Positions 1 to 7,628 of a stretch of DNA of 18,291 nucleotides are shown here, in pieces. Made by a program: the position numbers and the translations under genes. The first letter of the stretch is position 1. Each line of letters opens with the position of its first letter. Source of the stretch: an uncultured Acidobacteriota bacterium (GTDB lineage: Bacteria; Acidobacteriota; UBA6911); assembly GCA_963843575.1 (NCBI GenBank), contig CAWJKZ010000001.1, positions 1-18,291 on the forward strand, read 5' to 3'. The notes below the pieces were generated by a model, which saw nothing but the letters and a program-made list of their open reading frames with translations, was not told where the DNA came from and did not search any database.

Positions 1-50
1 GCTCTAGTCCCAGCCGCGCGCGCGACCCGCACCCCCCCCTCGCTCAGGCA

Positions 51-281
51 GGGGACGGACCAGAGCAAAGATCTTAAATTCAATAGTTTAACTGGATTTC
101 AAGCCTGAAAAGGGGCCTTATTTTGGATTTTTGGGGCCCATTTTGAGAAATAGGGAGTGCTGGGCCAGCCCCACCGTCTTATTTCAATAAAATCCGGGCA
201 AAAAATCGGAATAAGGCCCCTTTTGGTGGCATAATTTTCTATAATCATATGGAAAATAAAGAGTAGCCCAGGTCCGTCCCC
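51..281. repeat. 231-bp AT-rich palindromic element, copy 1 (MITE-like or recombination-site-like)
   Basis: Perfect 11-bp terminal inverted repeats GGGGACGGACC (51-61) / GGTCCGTCCCC (271-281). Internal 15-bp inverted repeat AAAAGGGGCCTTATT (108-122) / AATAAGGCCCCTTTT (210-224), each 57 bp in from its end. A homologous copy lies at 1929-2159. Confidence 0.92.
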
Positions 282-291
282 ATCGGAGGGG

Positions 292-1955
292 GTGCGCTTT
301 GAGGAGCTGCACGGAGTCATACTCGCTCTCGCCTCGGTGTTTTTGTGTTCCAGTCCCAGGCTTGCATCGCCCGACGCAGCCCCCGGCAAGACGACGTCCA
401 TCAAACTGGAACCGGGAGAGGTGTGGTGGGGCGGAGCGGTCAACGAGGGTCACAAAATGCCGTTCGGCCGCGAGCCATACACGATCGACCTCTATGGCTC
501 CAGCTATGGCAACCAGTGCGCCCCCCTGCTGGTGTCGACCAGGGGACGCTTCGTGTGGAGCGAAAAGCCCTACCGCTTTCAATTCCGCAACGGCAACCTG
601 ACCATCTCCTCCCCCCACGGGACCGTGGCGGTGGAGAAGGCGGGGAACACCCTCGCCGACGCCTACCGCTCGGCCGCGAAGAGGTATTTCCCGCCGAGCG
701 GGAAAATGCCGGATCCTCTCCTGATTGAACGCCCCCAGTTCAACACCTGGATCGAGCTGGTCTACAACCAGAATCAGGACGACATCCTGAAGTACGCACG
801 TGCGATCGTCGACAACGGGTTCCCCGCCGGAGTGCTGATGATCGACGCGAACTGGCAGCGGTATTACGGGAACTTCGAGTTCAAGGCGGAGCGGTTCCCG
901 GACCCGAAGGGAATGGTCGACCAGCTGCACGAACTCGGGTTCAAGGTGATGCTCTGGGTTTGCCCGTTCGTCAGTCCCGATTCCGAGGAGTATCGCAAAC
1001 TGGCCGAGCAGAGACTCTTCCTCCTTCAACGTGCTCCCCGGGGCGGGCAGCTTCCTGGAAGGACGCACCGAAGCCCGCCATCATCGAGTGGTGGGACGGG
1101 TACAGCGTCGTGCTGGACTTCTCCAATCCCGCCGCCGTGGCGTGGTTCAAGGGGCAACTGTCCGACCTGCAGAACAAGTACGGAATCGACGGATTCAAGT
1201 TCGATGCCGGCGACAGCGATTACTACCCCGATTCGGCGATTTCCTATCGGCCGGCTTCTGCCCAACGAGCACACGGAGCTGTTCGGCAAGGTCGGGCTCG
1301 ATTACCCGCTGAACGAATTCCGGGCGATGTGGAAAATGGGTGGGCAGGCCCTGGTGCGAGCGCCTCAGGGACAAGAACCACACGTGGGAGGACCTTCGGA
1401 AGCTGATTCCCCACACGTTCATGGAATCGCTGATGGGGTATGCCTTCAGCTGTCCCGACCTGATCGGGGGAGGCGATTACGTTTCGTTCCTCAACCTCTC
1501 CTCGTACGACAGGGAACTGGTGGTCCGCTCCGCCCAATGCCAGGCCCTCATGCCCATGATGCAGTTTTCCGCCGCCCCCTGGCGGGTGCTCGACAAGACG
1601 GGGCTCGACGCGGTTAAGCGGTGCGTCGCAACCAGGCAGCGATTCATCCCGCGCATCATGGAACTCGCCGAAAAAGCCGCCCGCACCGGCGAGCCGATCG
1701 TCGCCCCGCTCGAATACCACTTCCCGAACCGCGGCTACGCCGGGATTGCCGACGAGTTCATGCTGGGACCCGGATATCCTGGTCGCGCCGGTCCTGAACC
1801 AGGGCCAGACCCGTAGAACGGTCACCCTGCCGGAAGGAAAGTGGAGAGCCGACGACGGCAAGCTCTACGAGGGCGAAACCACCATCACAATCGAAGCCCC
1901 CCTGCCAAGGCTACCCTACTTCCAAAGGGGGGACGGACCAGAGCAACAATTTTAG
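292..1955 (+). CDS. Glycoside hydrolase family 31 protein with signal peptide, split by about 4 frameshifts
   Basis: GTG start after GGAGGG. Motifs PQFNTWIEL, LMIDANWQRYYG, RFPDPKGMVDQLHELGFKVMLWVCPF, LDFSNP, GIDGFKFDAGD (nucleophile), PDLIGG (acid/base), MQFSAAPW and DEFMLG/DILVAPV are spread over ORFs 292..1617, 960..1406, 1340..1816 and 1746..1955. Shifts are near 1045, 1255, 1355 and 1770. The stop TAG at 1953-1955 lies inside element copy 2. Confidence 0.9.
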
Positions 1956-2159
1956 GTTCAGTAACTTATCCTGAATTTCGACCTCAAAAGGGGCCTTATT
2001 TAAGATTTTCGAGCCCTTTTTTCCTGCATAAGGAGCGACGAGCCCAGAGCGACTCGTTAGTTCGAAAAAATGAGGGCCAAAAGGCGAAATAAGGCCCTTT
2101 TTGAGGGGCAAATTTCCTATAAGTCTCAATAAACAAAATATTAACCCGGGTCCGTCCCC
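1929..2159. repeat. 231-bp AT-rich palindromic element, copy 2 (same orientation as copy 1)
   Basis: TIRs GGGGACGGACC (1929-1939) / GGTCCGTCCCC (2149-2159). Internal IR AAAAGGGGCCTTATT (1986-2000) / AATAAGGCCCTTTTT (2088-2102). Aligns ungapped to 51-281 at about 68% identity (hand count 158/231). Confidence 0.92.
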
Positions 2160-3368
2160 ATGAAAACTGCGTGGTTGGTGCTGTGTTTGGCTTTCGTCGG
2201 CGGGCAGATTACGGAAAGGAACATACGCTTTGTCGAGTATCCGGATTTTCCCGAGGCGCACTCCACCTGGGGGTCGATCGGGTACAGCGCCCCCCATGAC
2301 AAGGTCTTCGTCGGGGTCACGAACCACCGCGACCGCGTCGGCCTCTTCGAATACGACGTGAAGTCTCAAAAGATGCGCCTCTGCGGCTTCGTCCCGGAGT
2401 TGGCCAACCTCCGCGCATACCAGTGGCAAGGCAAGATCCACTCCCAGATAGTCGAGGGCCCCGGCGGCTCGATGTACTTCGCAACGGACGGCGGCGAGAG
2501 CAGAGAAGAGTACCTCATGGAGCACCCGCACGGTTACAGCGGCGGGTTCATGATGAAGTGGGACCCGGCACAGAACCGCCTTACCAACCTCGGCGTCGGC
2601 TTGCAGTACGAGAGCATCAAGGACCTGGCCGTGGATCGCACGACCGGCCGCATCTGCGCGATCACCTACCCGCAGGTGCACTTCCTGGTCTATGATCCCG
2701 GCAAGAACGACTTGCGCGATCTCGGCCGCCTGGGCAGCGATCACGTGCCTCGAGTCCTGTTCCAGGACCGCTGGAGCAATGCCTACTACGTCGACTGGCG
2801 GCAGCGCCTGGTCAAGTTCGAGAGCAAGTCGGGCCGCCTCGTGTTCGCCCGCGAGAGCCTGCCGGCGTTCCCGGGAACGCCGGGCGAGTATATCGTCACC
2901 GGAGTTACCGCATATGCTTCCGATCCGGACGGCGGGGCGATCTACCTCATCACCTACGGCGCCAAGATGCTCGTGTTCAGGCCGCAGCAGGAGGGGATCG
3001 GAGCCGTCGAAGACCTGGGCGGCATTTTCGACAGCCCGCAGTCCCCGCCATGGAAGTACTACTGCCCCAACCTCGCGCTGGGCGCGAACGGCATGCTCTA
3101 CTACTTCCTCGGCGGCCACGGCATGTACGCCGTCCAGGGCGAGAGGGTTGCGCTCATGGAATTCGATCCCGGGCGTCGAACCAAGCGCGTAGTCCTGACC
3201 TTCCCAACCAGCGTCATCAACGAGGTGACGGGCTCGAACGTCAAGGACCGCCAGGGGAACCTCTACTTCGCGGGACGACGCTCGGACCCGCGAGCCGAGG
3301 AGCGAGGCGAGTCGGGATCCAGCCGCCCGTTCATGATCATTTTCAATCCGGGCAAGGAGGTCCGATGA
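2160..3368 (+). CDS. Secreted hypothetical protein, probable beta-propeller (402 aa)
   Basis: N-terminal hydrophobic signal MKTAWLVLCLAFVGG. Repeated blade-like units (LFEYDVKSQK, MKWDPAQNRLTNLG, FLVYDPGKNDLRDLG, LMEFDPG). GC3-rich codons. Confidence 0.8.
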   Translation: MKTAWLVLCLAFVGGQITERNIRFVEYPDFPEAHSTWGSIGYSAPHDKVFVGVTNHRDRVGLFEYDVKSQKMRLCGFVPELANLRAYQWQGKIHSQIVEGPGGSMYFATDGGESREEYLMEHPHGYSGGFMMKWDPAQNRLTNLGVGLQYESIKDLAVDRTTGRICAITYPQVHFLVYDPGKNDLRDLGRLGSDHVPRVLFQDRWSNAYYVDWRQRLVKFESKSGRLVFARESLPAFPGTPGEYIVTGVTAYASDPDGGAIYLITYGAKMLVFRPQQEGIGAVEDLGGIFDSPQSPPWKYYCPNLALGANGMLYYFLGGHGMYAVQGERVALMEFDPGRRTKRVVLTFPTSVINEVTGSNVKDRQGNLYFAGRRSDPRAEERGESGSSRPFMIIFNPGKEVR

Positions 3369-4549
3369 GCAGGCACCTTCTCACGGCCGTCCTGTTGCTG
3401 TCAGTGATCTGCGGCGCCGGTCGGGCCGAATACACCTTCTTCTCGCCGCCAGGCGCTTTCACCGTGGAGGTGTCGCTGGAAAACTCCCCGCATCTCCGGC
3501 TGCCGGCCTATAGGAACGCGATCGCTTCGCTGGTAGTAGTCGGGGACTATGCGGTCGGGGGCACCGCGGCCGCGCCCGGGCAATCTCCGTTCGTCTTTGC
3601 GGTGTCGCTGTCGAAAAAGAGGCTCGTCGCCGCGGTGGATCTGGGAAGCGTCGTCGCCGGCCAGCGTGCTATCCAGAGCGGGTTCGGACGCGGCAACGGC
3701 GACGCGCTCTATGCCGGCACCATTCCCGACAGGCCGGGCGACAGCGGACATCTTATCGAGGTGCGGCTGGCGGGCGAACAGCTCCAGGTGACCGACAAAG
3801 GCGTCCCGGTCGAGCATGAAGGGGTTTTCTCGCTCGCCGCGGATCCCGCCCGCGCATCCATTTACGGTGTAGCCTATCCTTCCGGACGCTTTTTCCGCCG
3901 CGACGCCGGAGGCGCCTCCAGGATTTTTGAAGACACCGCGCCGTCTCGACGGACACTCTCGTTTTTGCATTCCTATGCCGTTGGTGCAGAGGAGGTGCTG
4001 AGCCGGCGCCTGGCCCTCGACCGCGGCGGGCGCGTCTACGGTTCGCTCCCCCTCGGGAAGATCTTCCGCTATGATCCATCAAGCGATGCAATCGGGATAC
4101 TCGACGCCGAACTGCCCGAAACGTGGGGCCGCAAGCCCCTCGCGCGCATCGACGCCTGGGCTCTCGCCCCGGACGGGTCCTTGTACGGCGGCAACGCCGG
4201 GGACGGGCAGCTCTTCAGGCTCGACCCGGACAGCGGGCAGATCGCCAACCTCGGCAAGCCCGCAATGATGCCGCGGCTGCGAGGTCTCGCTTTCGCCGCG
4301 GACGGCCGCCTGTATGGGGTCACCGGCGCGGCGCCGGGATACACCCACCTGTTCGTCTACGACCCCTCGGGCCGCGGCTTCAGCGACCTGGGGAATCCGA
4401 GATTCACGATGACCGCACCCGGCATCGAACAAGGCATCGCCTGGAGGGGCTTCCAGATCGGCACCCTCGCCGCGTCGGAAGACGGCCGCTACATCGTAAT
4501 GGGAGAGGACGAGTCGCTGAGCCAGCTGATGGTTTTCCCGGTTCGCTGA
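3365..4549 (+). CDS. Secreted hypothetical protein, probable beta-propeller (394 aa)
   Basis: True start is likely ATG 3365 (ATGA overlap with the upstream stop), giving signal peptide MSRHLLTAVLLLSVICGAGRA. Blade-like repeats IFRYDPSSD, LAPDGSLYGG, LFRLDPDSGQIANLG, FAADGRLYG, LFVYDPSGRGFSDLG. Confidence 0.8.
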   Translation: MSRHLLTAVLLLSVICGAGRAEYTFFSPPGAFTVEVSLENSPHLRLPAYRNAIASLVVVGDYAVGGTAAAPGQSPFVFAVSLSKKRLVAAVDLGSVVAGQRAIQSGFGRGNGDALYAGTIPDRPGDSGHLIEVRLAGEQLQVTDKGVPVEHEGVFSLAADPARASIYGVAYPSGRFFRRDAGGASRIFEDTAPSRRTLSFLHSYAVGAEEVLSRRLALDRGGRVYGSLPLGKIFRYDPSSDAIGILDAELPETWGRKPLARIDAWALAPDGSLYGGNAGDGQLFRLDPDSGQIANLGKPAMMPRLRGLAFAADGRLYGVTGAAPGYTHLFVYDPSGRGFSDLGNPRFTMTAPGIEQGIAWRGFQIGTLAASEDGRYIVMGEDESLSQLMVFPVR

Positions 4550-4580
4550 CCTGCGGCTCGTGCCGGGCTGCCGCCGTTCA

Positions 4581-4740
4581 TCACGCGCGATCCGCGCAGC
4601 GGCTGGTCGTCTTGATCTCGTCCTGCCACCGGTCAGGCGGCGGCCAGCTCAGGTCCGAGTACGGCAGCGCCTCTTTGCCCACCAGCTGCTTCAAATGGTG
4701 TTCCAGGTGCGCCGCATAATCGAGCGCCAGCTGCTGTGCA
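4581..4740 (-). pseudogene. 3' remnant of a DinB-like protein
   Basis: QQLALDYAAHLEHHLKQL resembles the C-terminal HxxHHxxQ metal-binding helix of DinB/YfiT proteins. Sequence upstream of about 4740 does not look coding and has no clear start. Confidence 0.5.
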
Positions 4741-4860
4741 GCCTGGGATGAGTGGGGCCGCCGATAAGGCAACCCGCGCATCCTCACCCCACATCGTGCA
4801 ATTGCGACACATGTGTGCCCCGCCGGCACGCCTGCAGGACGAGCCCGCCAGTTCAAACCC

Positions 4861-4872
4861 ATTGATATCAAT
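4861..4872. promoter_or_regulatory. Perfect 12-bp palindrome ATTGATATCAAT upstream of the ECF sigma gene
   Basis: AT-rich palindrome about 50 bp before the start codon. Function unassigned. Confidence 0.35.
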
Positions 4873-4920
4873 CACTTTTCATTCTGGTCCGCAGTTTGCT
4901 GAAGGTGCGGAAGAAGAAGG

Positions 4921-5529
4921 GTGATGATGGAACTCGTCAGCTCAGGGTACGACGTCGCAGCCGGGACCTCCTTTCCCGGTCAGAAAGAACTCGTGGCCGC
5001 ATGCCTGAGAGCGGATTCAACGGCGTGGGAGGTCATGATCAGGCACCATGGGCCGCGGATAGCCAGCCAGGTGTATCGCTACGCCTCGCTGCGAGGGGAA
5101 GCGGAGGACATAAAGCAGGAGGTATTTCTCAAGGTCTTCCTCAATTTGAGCACTTTCCGGGTAGACGACGGGAACCTGGGCTGCTGGATCAGCCGGGTAG
5201 GCAGAAACCTGATCGTCGACCGTTTGAGGCGGGGAAAGCCCCGGAACTCCTTCGTCAGCGAGGAACTGGAATCGCTGGGCTTGAGCGATCACCGGGGCCC
5301 GAATCCGGAGTCGGCGGCGATCAGGAACGAGGCGTCAGGAATGCTCCGGAAAAGCATACGATTCCTCTCACGGGAACTGGAAGAAGTGCTCACGCTGCGC
5401 TACGTGCGGGAGATGAGCTACGACGAGATTGCGGAAGCGCTGCAAGTGCCGTGCGGGACTGTAAAGAGCCGTCTAAAACGCGGCCGCGAAAAACTCGCGT
5501 CGGTTTGTCGGTCCGGCGCCCTTTCGTGA
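4921..5529 (+). CDS. ECF-subfamily sigma-70 factor
   Basis: Region 2 (EAEDIKQEVFLKVF, WISRVGRNLIVDRLRR) and region 4 (LRYVREMSYDEIAEALQVPCGTVKSRLKRGREKL). Purine-rich RBS-like stretch upstream. The start could be 4921, 4924 or 4927. Confidence 0.93.
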   Translation: MMMELVSSGYDVAAGTSFPGQKELVAACLRADSTAWEVMIRHHGPRIASQVYRYASLRGEAEDIKQEVFLKVFLNLSTFRVDDGNLGCWISRVGRNLIVDRLRRGKPRNSFVSEELESLGLSDHRGPNPESAAIRNEASGMLRKSIRFLSRELEEVLTLRYVREMSYDEIAEALQVPCGTVKSRLKRGREKLASVCRSGALS

Positions 5530-5556
5530 CCTTCGAATCAGGTTCGGGTTACAGGC

Positions 5557-5754
5557 TCAGGAGAAACAGCCCGCACCGGGAGGGAATTCGCACCTGTCCT
5601 CGGCCAGCCGCTCCCAGCGGGGGGGCGGCGCCGGTTCACCCCGAAACCACGCGCGGTGATTCATGACGAAGGTCGACCCGGCGTACAGGAGCACCCAGGG
5701 GCCGAGAAACAGTGCAAGATACAGGTGAGTGCTGCGGATCAATCTGGAAATCAC
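5557..5754 (-). pseudogene. 5' fragment of a PepSY-associated TM-like membrane protein
   Basis: GTG start at 5754, then ISRLIRSTHLYLALFLGPWVLLYAGSTFVMNH, which matches the RxxHxYxxLF...NH first helix of PepSY_TM-like proteins. It ends after 65 aa with no further TM helix. Confidence 0.6.
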
Positions 5755-5833
5755 TTTCCCTAGAGTCCCTACAGTCAAATTGCAGCCCGCCGACGTCGAA
5801 ACCGGCAAATCGATCGCAGGCTGCCAACGCTAT

Positions 5834-7519
5834 CTATGGACGCCTTTGGAGGAGCAACGCCCAATCCAGCCAACCGGGAGGAGTCGGCAGAGTCCATGAG
5901 GATCCCTGCACCTGCGGAAGCTCGACGACCTCCCCGGTGAAGGCGCTGAACCACTTTGCGTCGTAGGTCCCGGGCTCGAGCTTGATCCTGACGGCGCCAC
6001 AAGCGGCTTCGTACCCGAAGTGCTCCCTGTTTGCGCACAGGGGGCGAACCGGCAAATACACCGCATAGATCTCCCCGGGTTTCGCAAGACAATAGGCGCC
6101 GTTGTCCACCAGTTCGTCGTGCGGTTCGGTCTTCCACCACTCGAAGCTGGTGAAGAAATCCACCATGTGCTCGTAGCCTTTGAGCATCACCATGGTGTCG
6201 TCGCCTCGTCCGTTGATCCACCCGCCCCCGGTATCGGGCCAGATGTTCGTGCCCCGTCGGGCGCTCTCGCCGGCGCTGCCGTATGCGCCGGCCATGGCGA
6301 TGTCCCAGGCCATGCGGCGCAGCGTTTCCGCCGATTCTTCGGGCGGAGCCGGCGCCCAATGAGGGTAGTGGTCCTCGTATCCGTACTCTTCGTTCGCCTG
6401 CGGGATGATCCGACCCGTCTTCTTCTGGATCTCGCGCTCCTCGAGCATGAGGGCGTGCTGCTGGTGCGACCAGTTCTGGATGGAGGTGAAGCCGAACCAC
6501 GGGGAAGCGCGGTCCTGATGTTCGCGGTGCACGGGGTGACTGCTGGCGAGATGCTTGTAAGGATCCCAGGTCTGGATCAAGGTACCCGTTTCACGTGCCC
6601 ACTTCTCATCGCGGAAGCTGTCGAGGTCGTCTCCCAGGTCGTAGGTGATGTTTGAAAAAGCGCCCAGGCGCGCAACCGCATACCGGAAATATCGCCGTTC
6701 GTCTTCACTGCCGGCGGCGGCCTGAGCAGGGTGGGTGGAAATGTCCAGGATTACCGAAATGATCATGTCGCGCTCCCGCGCGAAGCGCAGCATGCGATCC
6801 CATTTCTGCCAGTACGGGACGTTGAAACGGGAGAAATCGATTGAAGGACTCGCGAGGTTTTCGGGATTGGCGGCGACCCAGGGCCGCAGATAGAAGGTGA
6901 AATTTTGTCCCGGCGTGACTGCTTCGCCCCAGTACATGTCCGTCGCGCCGGCAAGCAACACGCGCAGGCGGTTCACCTTGAGTTTGTGCAGCCTCTCGAT
7001 GCAGTAATTGATGACCCGATCATCGCGCCAGCCCATGAGCCAGAAGGCCGTGGTGCCGTGAAAGAAGTAGTGCTCGCCCGTGCCTTCCCATATAAAGTGC
7101 CATGGATAATTCGGGTCCACACGCACGGGCCCGCGCCGATGTCCGGCCGCCGCGTGGAATGTTCCGGTAAAGGACTTGGTGTATTCGCCCTGACGGTAGC
7201 TTACCGAATAGGAATAGTCGCCGGCGGCGGCGGGCATGAAACGGATGCGCAGGATGCTGCCGTCCGCCGAGTCGCAGAAGCCTTCGACCGTCGTCCGTTC
7301 AGCCGCGCCCGCCTTCCCGAATGAACCGCTGAGGACGACGTCCGTGAACGGATTGCGCGTGTCGGGACCTTCCACCCGCACGGTGACCTCGACAAAGTCG
7401 TAGGCGTCGACGCTCTGCGACGATTGCGCAAAGGAAACGCTCCGGGGCGCCCCCGGCAGCACCACGGGCATTGCGAGGATCAACAACCAGGCGTATCTGC
7501 AGGCGGTGCGTCCAGGCAT
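5834..7519 (-). CDS. Secreted DUF5060 / DUF4038 (apiosidase-like) / putative collagen-binding domain protein
   Basis: Signal peptide and GGGAGGA RBS. N-terminal NPFTDV...GFCDS...RIRFMP (DUF5060), catalytic-like barrel FFHGTTAFWL, RFNVPYWQKWDR, RYAVARLGAFSNI, NEEYGYE, and C-terminal YCLAKPGEIYAVYLP...WFSAFTGE...DWALLL. Confidence 0.85.
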   Translation of the reverse strand: MPGRTACRYAWLLILAMPVVLPGAPRSVSFAQSSQSVDAYDFVEVTVRVEGPDTRNPFTDVVLSGSFGKAGAAERTTVEGFCDSADGSILRIRFMPAAAGDYSYSVSYRQGEYTKSFTGTFHAAAGHRRGPVRVDPNYPWHFIWEGTGEHYFFHGTTAFWLMGWRDDRVINYCIERLHKLKVNRLRVLLAGATDMYWGEAVTPGQNFTFYLRPWVAANPENLASPSIDFSRFNVPYWQKWDRMLRFARERDMIISVILDISTHPAQAAAGSEDERRYFRYAVARLGAFSNITYDLGDDLDSFRDEKWARETGTLIQTWDPYKHLASSHPVHREHQDRASPWFGFTSIQNWSHQQHALMLEEREIQKKTGRIIPQANEEYGYEDHYPHWAPAPPEESAETLRRMAWDIAMAGAYGSAGESARRGTNIWPDTGGGWINGRGDDTMVMLKGYEHMVDFFTSFEWWKTEPHDELVDNGAYCLAKPGEIYAVYLPVRPLCANREHFGYEAACGAVRIKLEPGTYDAKWFSAFTGEVVELPQVQGSSWTLPTPPGWLDWALLLQRRP

Positions 7520-7628
7520 GGCTTCCTCCCTCGACTTCGCGTGCTTCTGTGGAGTGCGGCGGCTCGACGCCGTGAGCCAACGTTACATGAAGCAACAACG
7601 CCCCGTCCACTGCTCGATCAGGCGTATG

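Noticed and set aside
51-281. Element as an integron attC site, Tn3-derived MITE or CRISPR repeat
   Set aside because: It has no RYYYAAC/GTTRRRY ends and is longer than typical attC sites. Despite the GGGG termini there is no 38-bp IR ending in TAAG and no 5-bp duplication. It has no repeat-spacer periodicity.
184-3119. Long minus-strand ORFs 184..1068, 1244..1861 and 1911..3119
   Set aside because: Antisense shadows of GC-rich plus-strand genes, with no recognisable motifs.
3050-3364. N-terminal extension of the 499-aa ORF
   Set aside because: It overlaps the upstream gene with Arg/Pro-rich off-frame sequence. ATG 3365 gives a signal peptide and ATGA coupling.
4861-4872. FNR box
   Set aside because: The TTGAT and ATCAA half-sites are adjacent, lacking the required 4-bp spacer.
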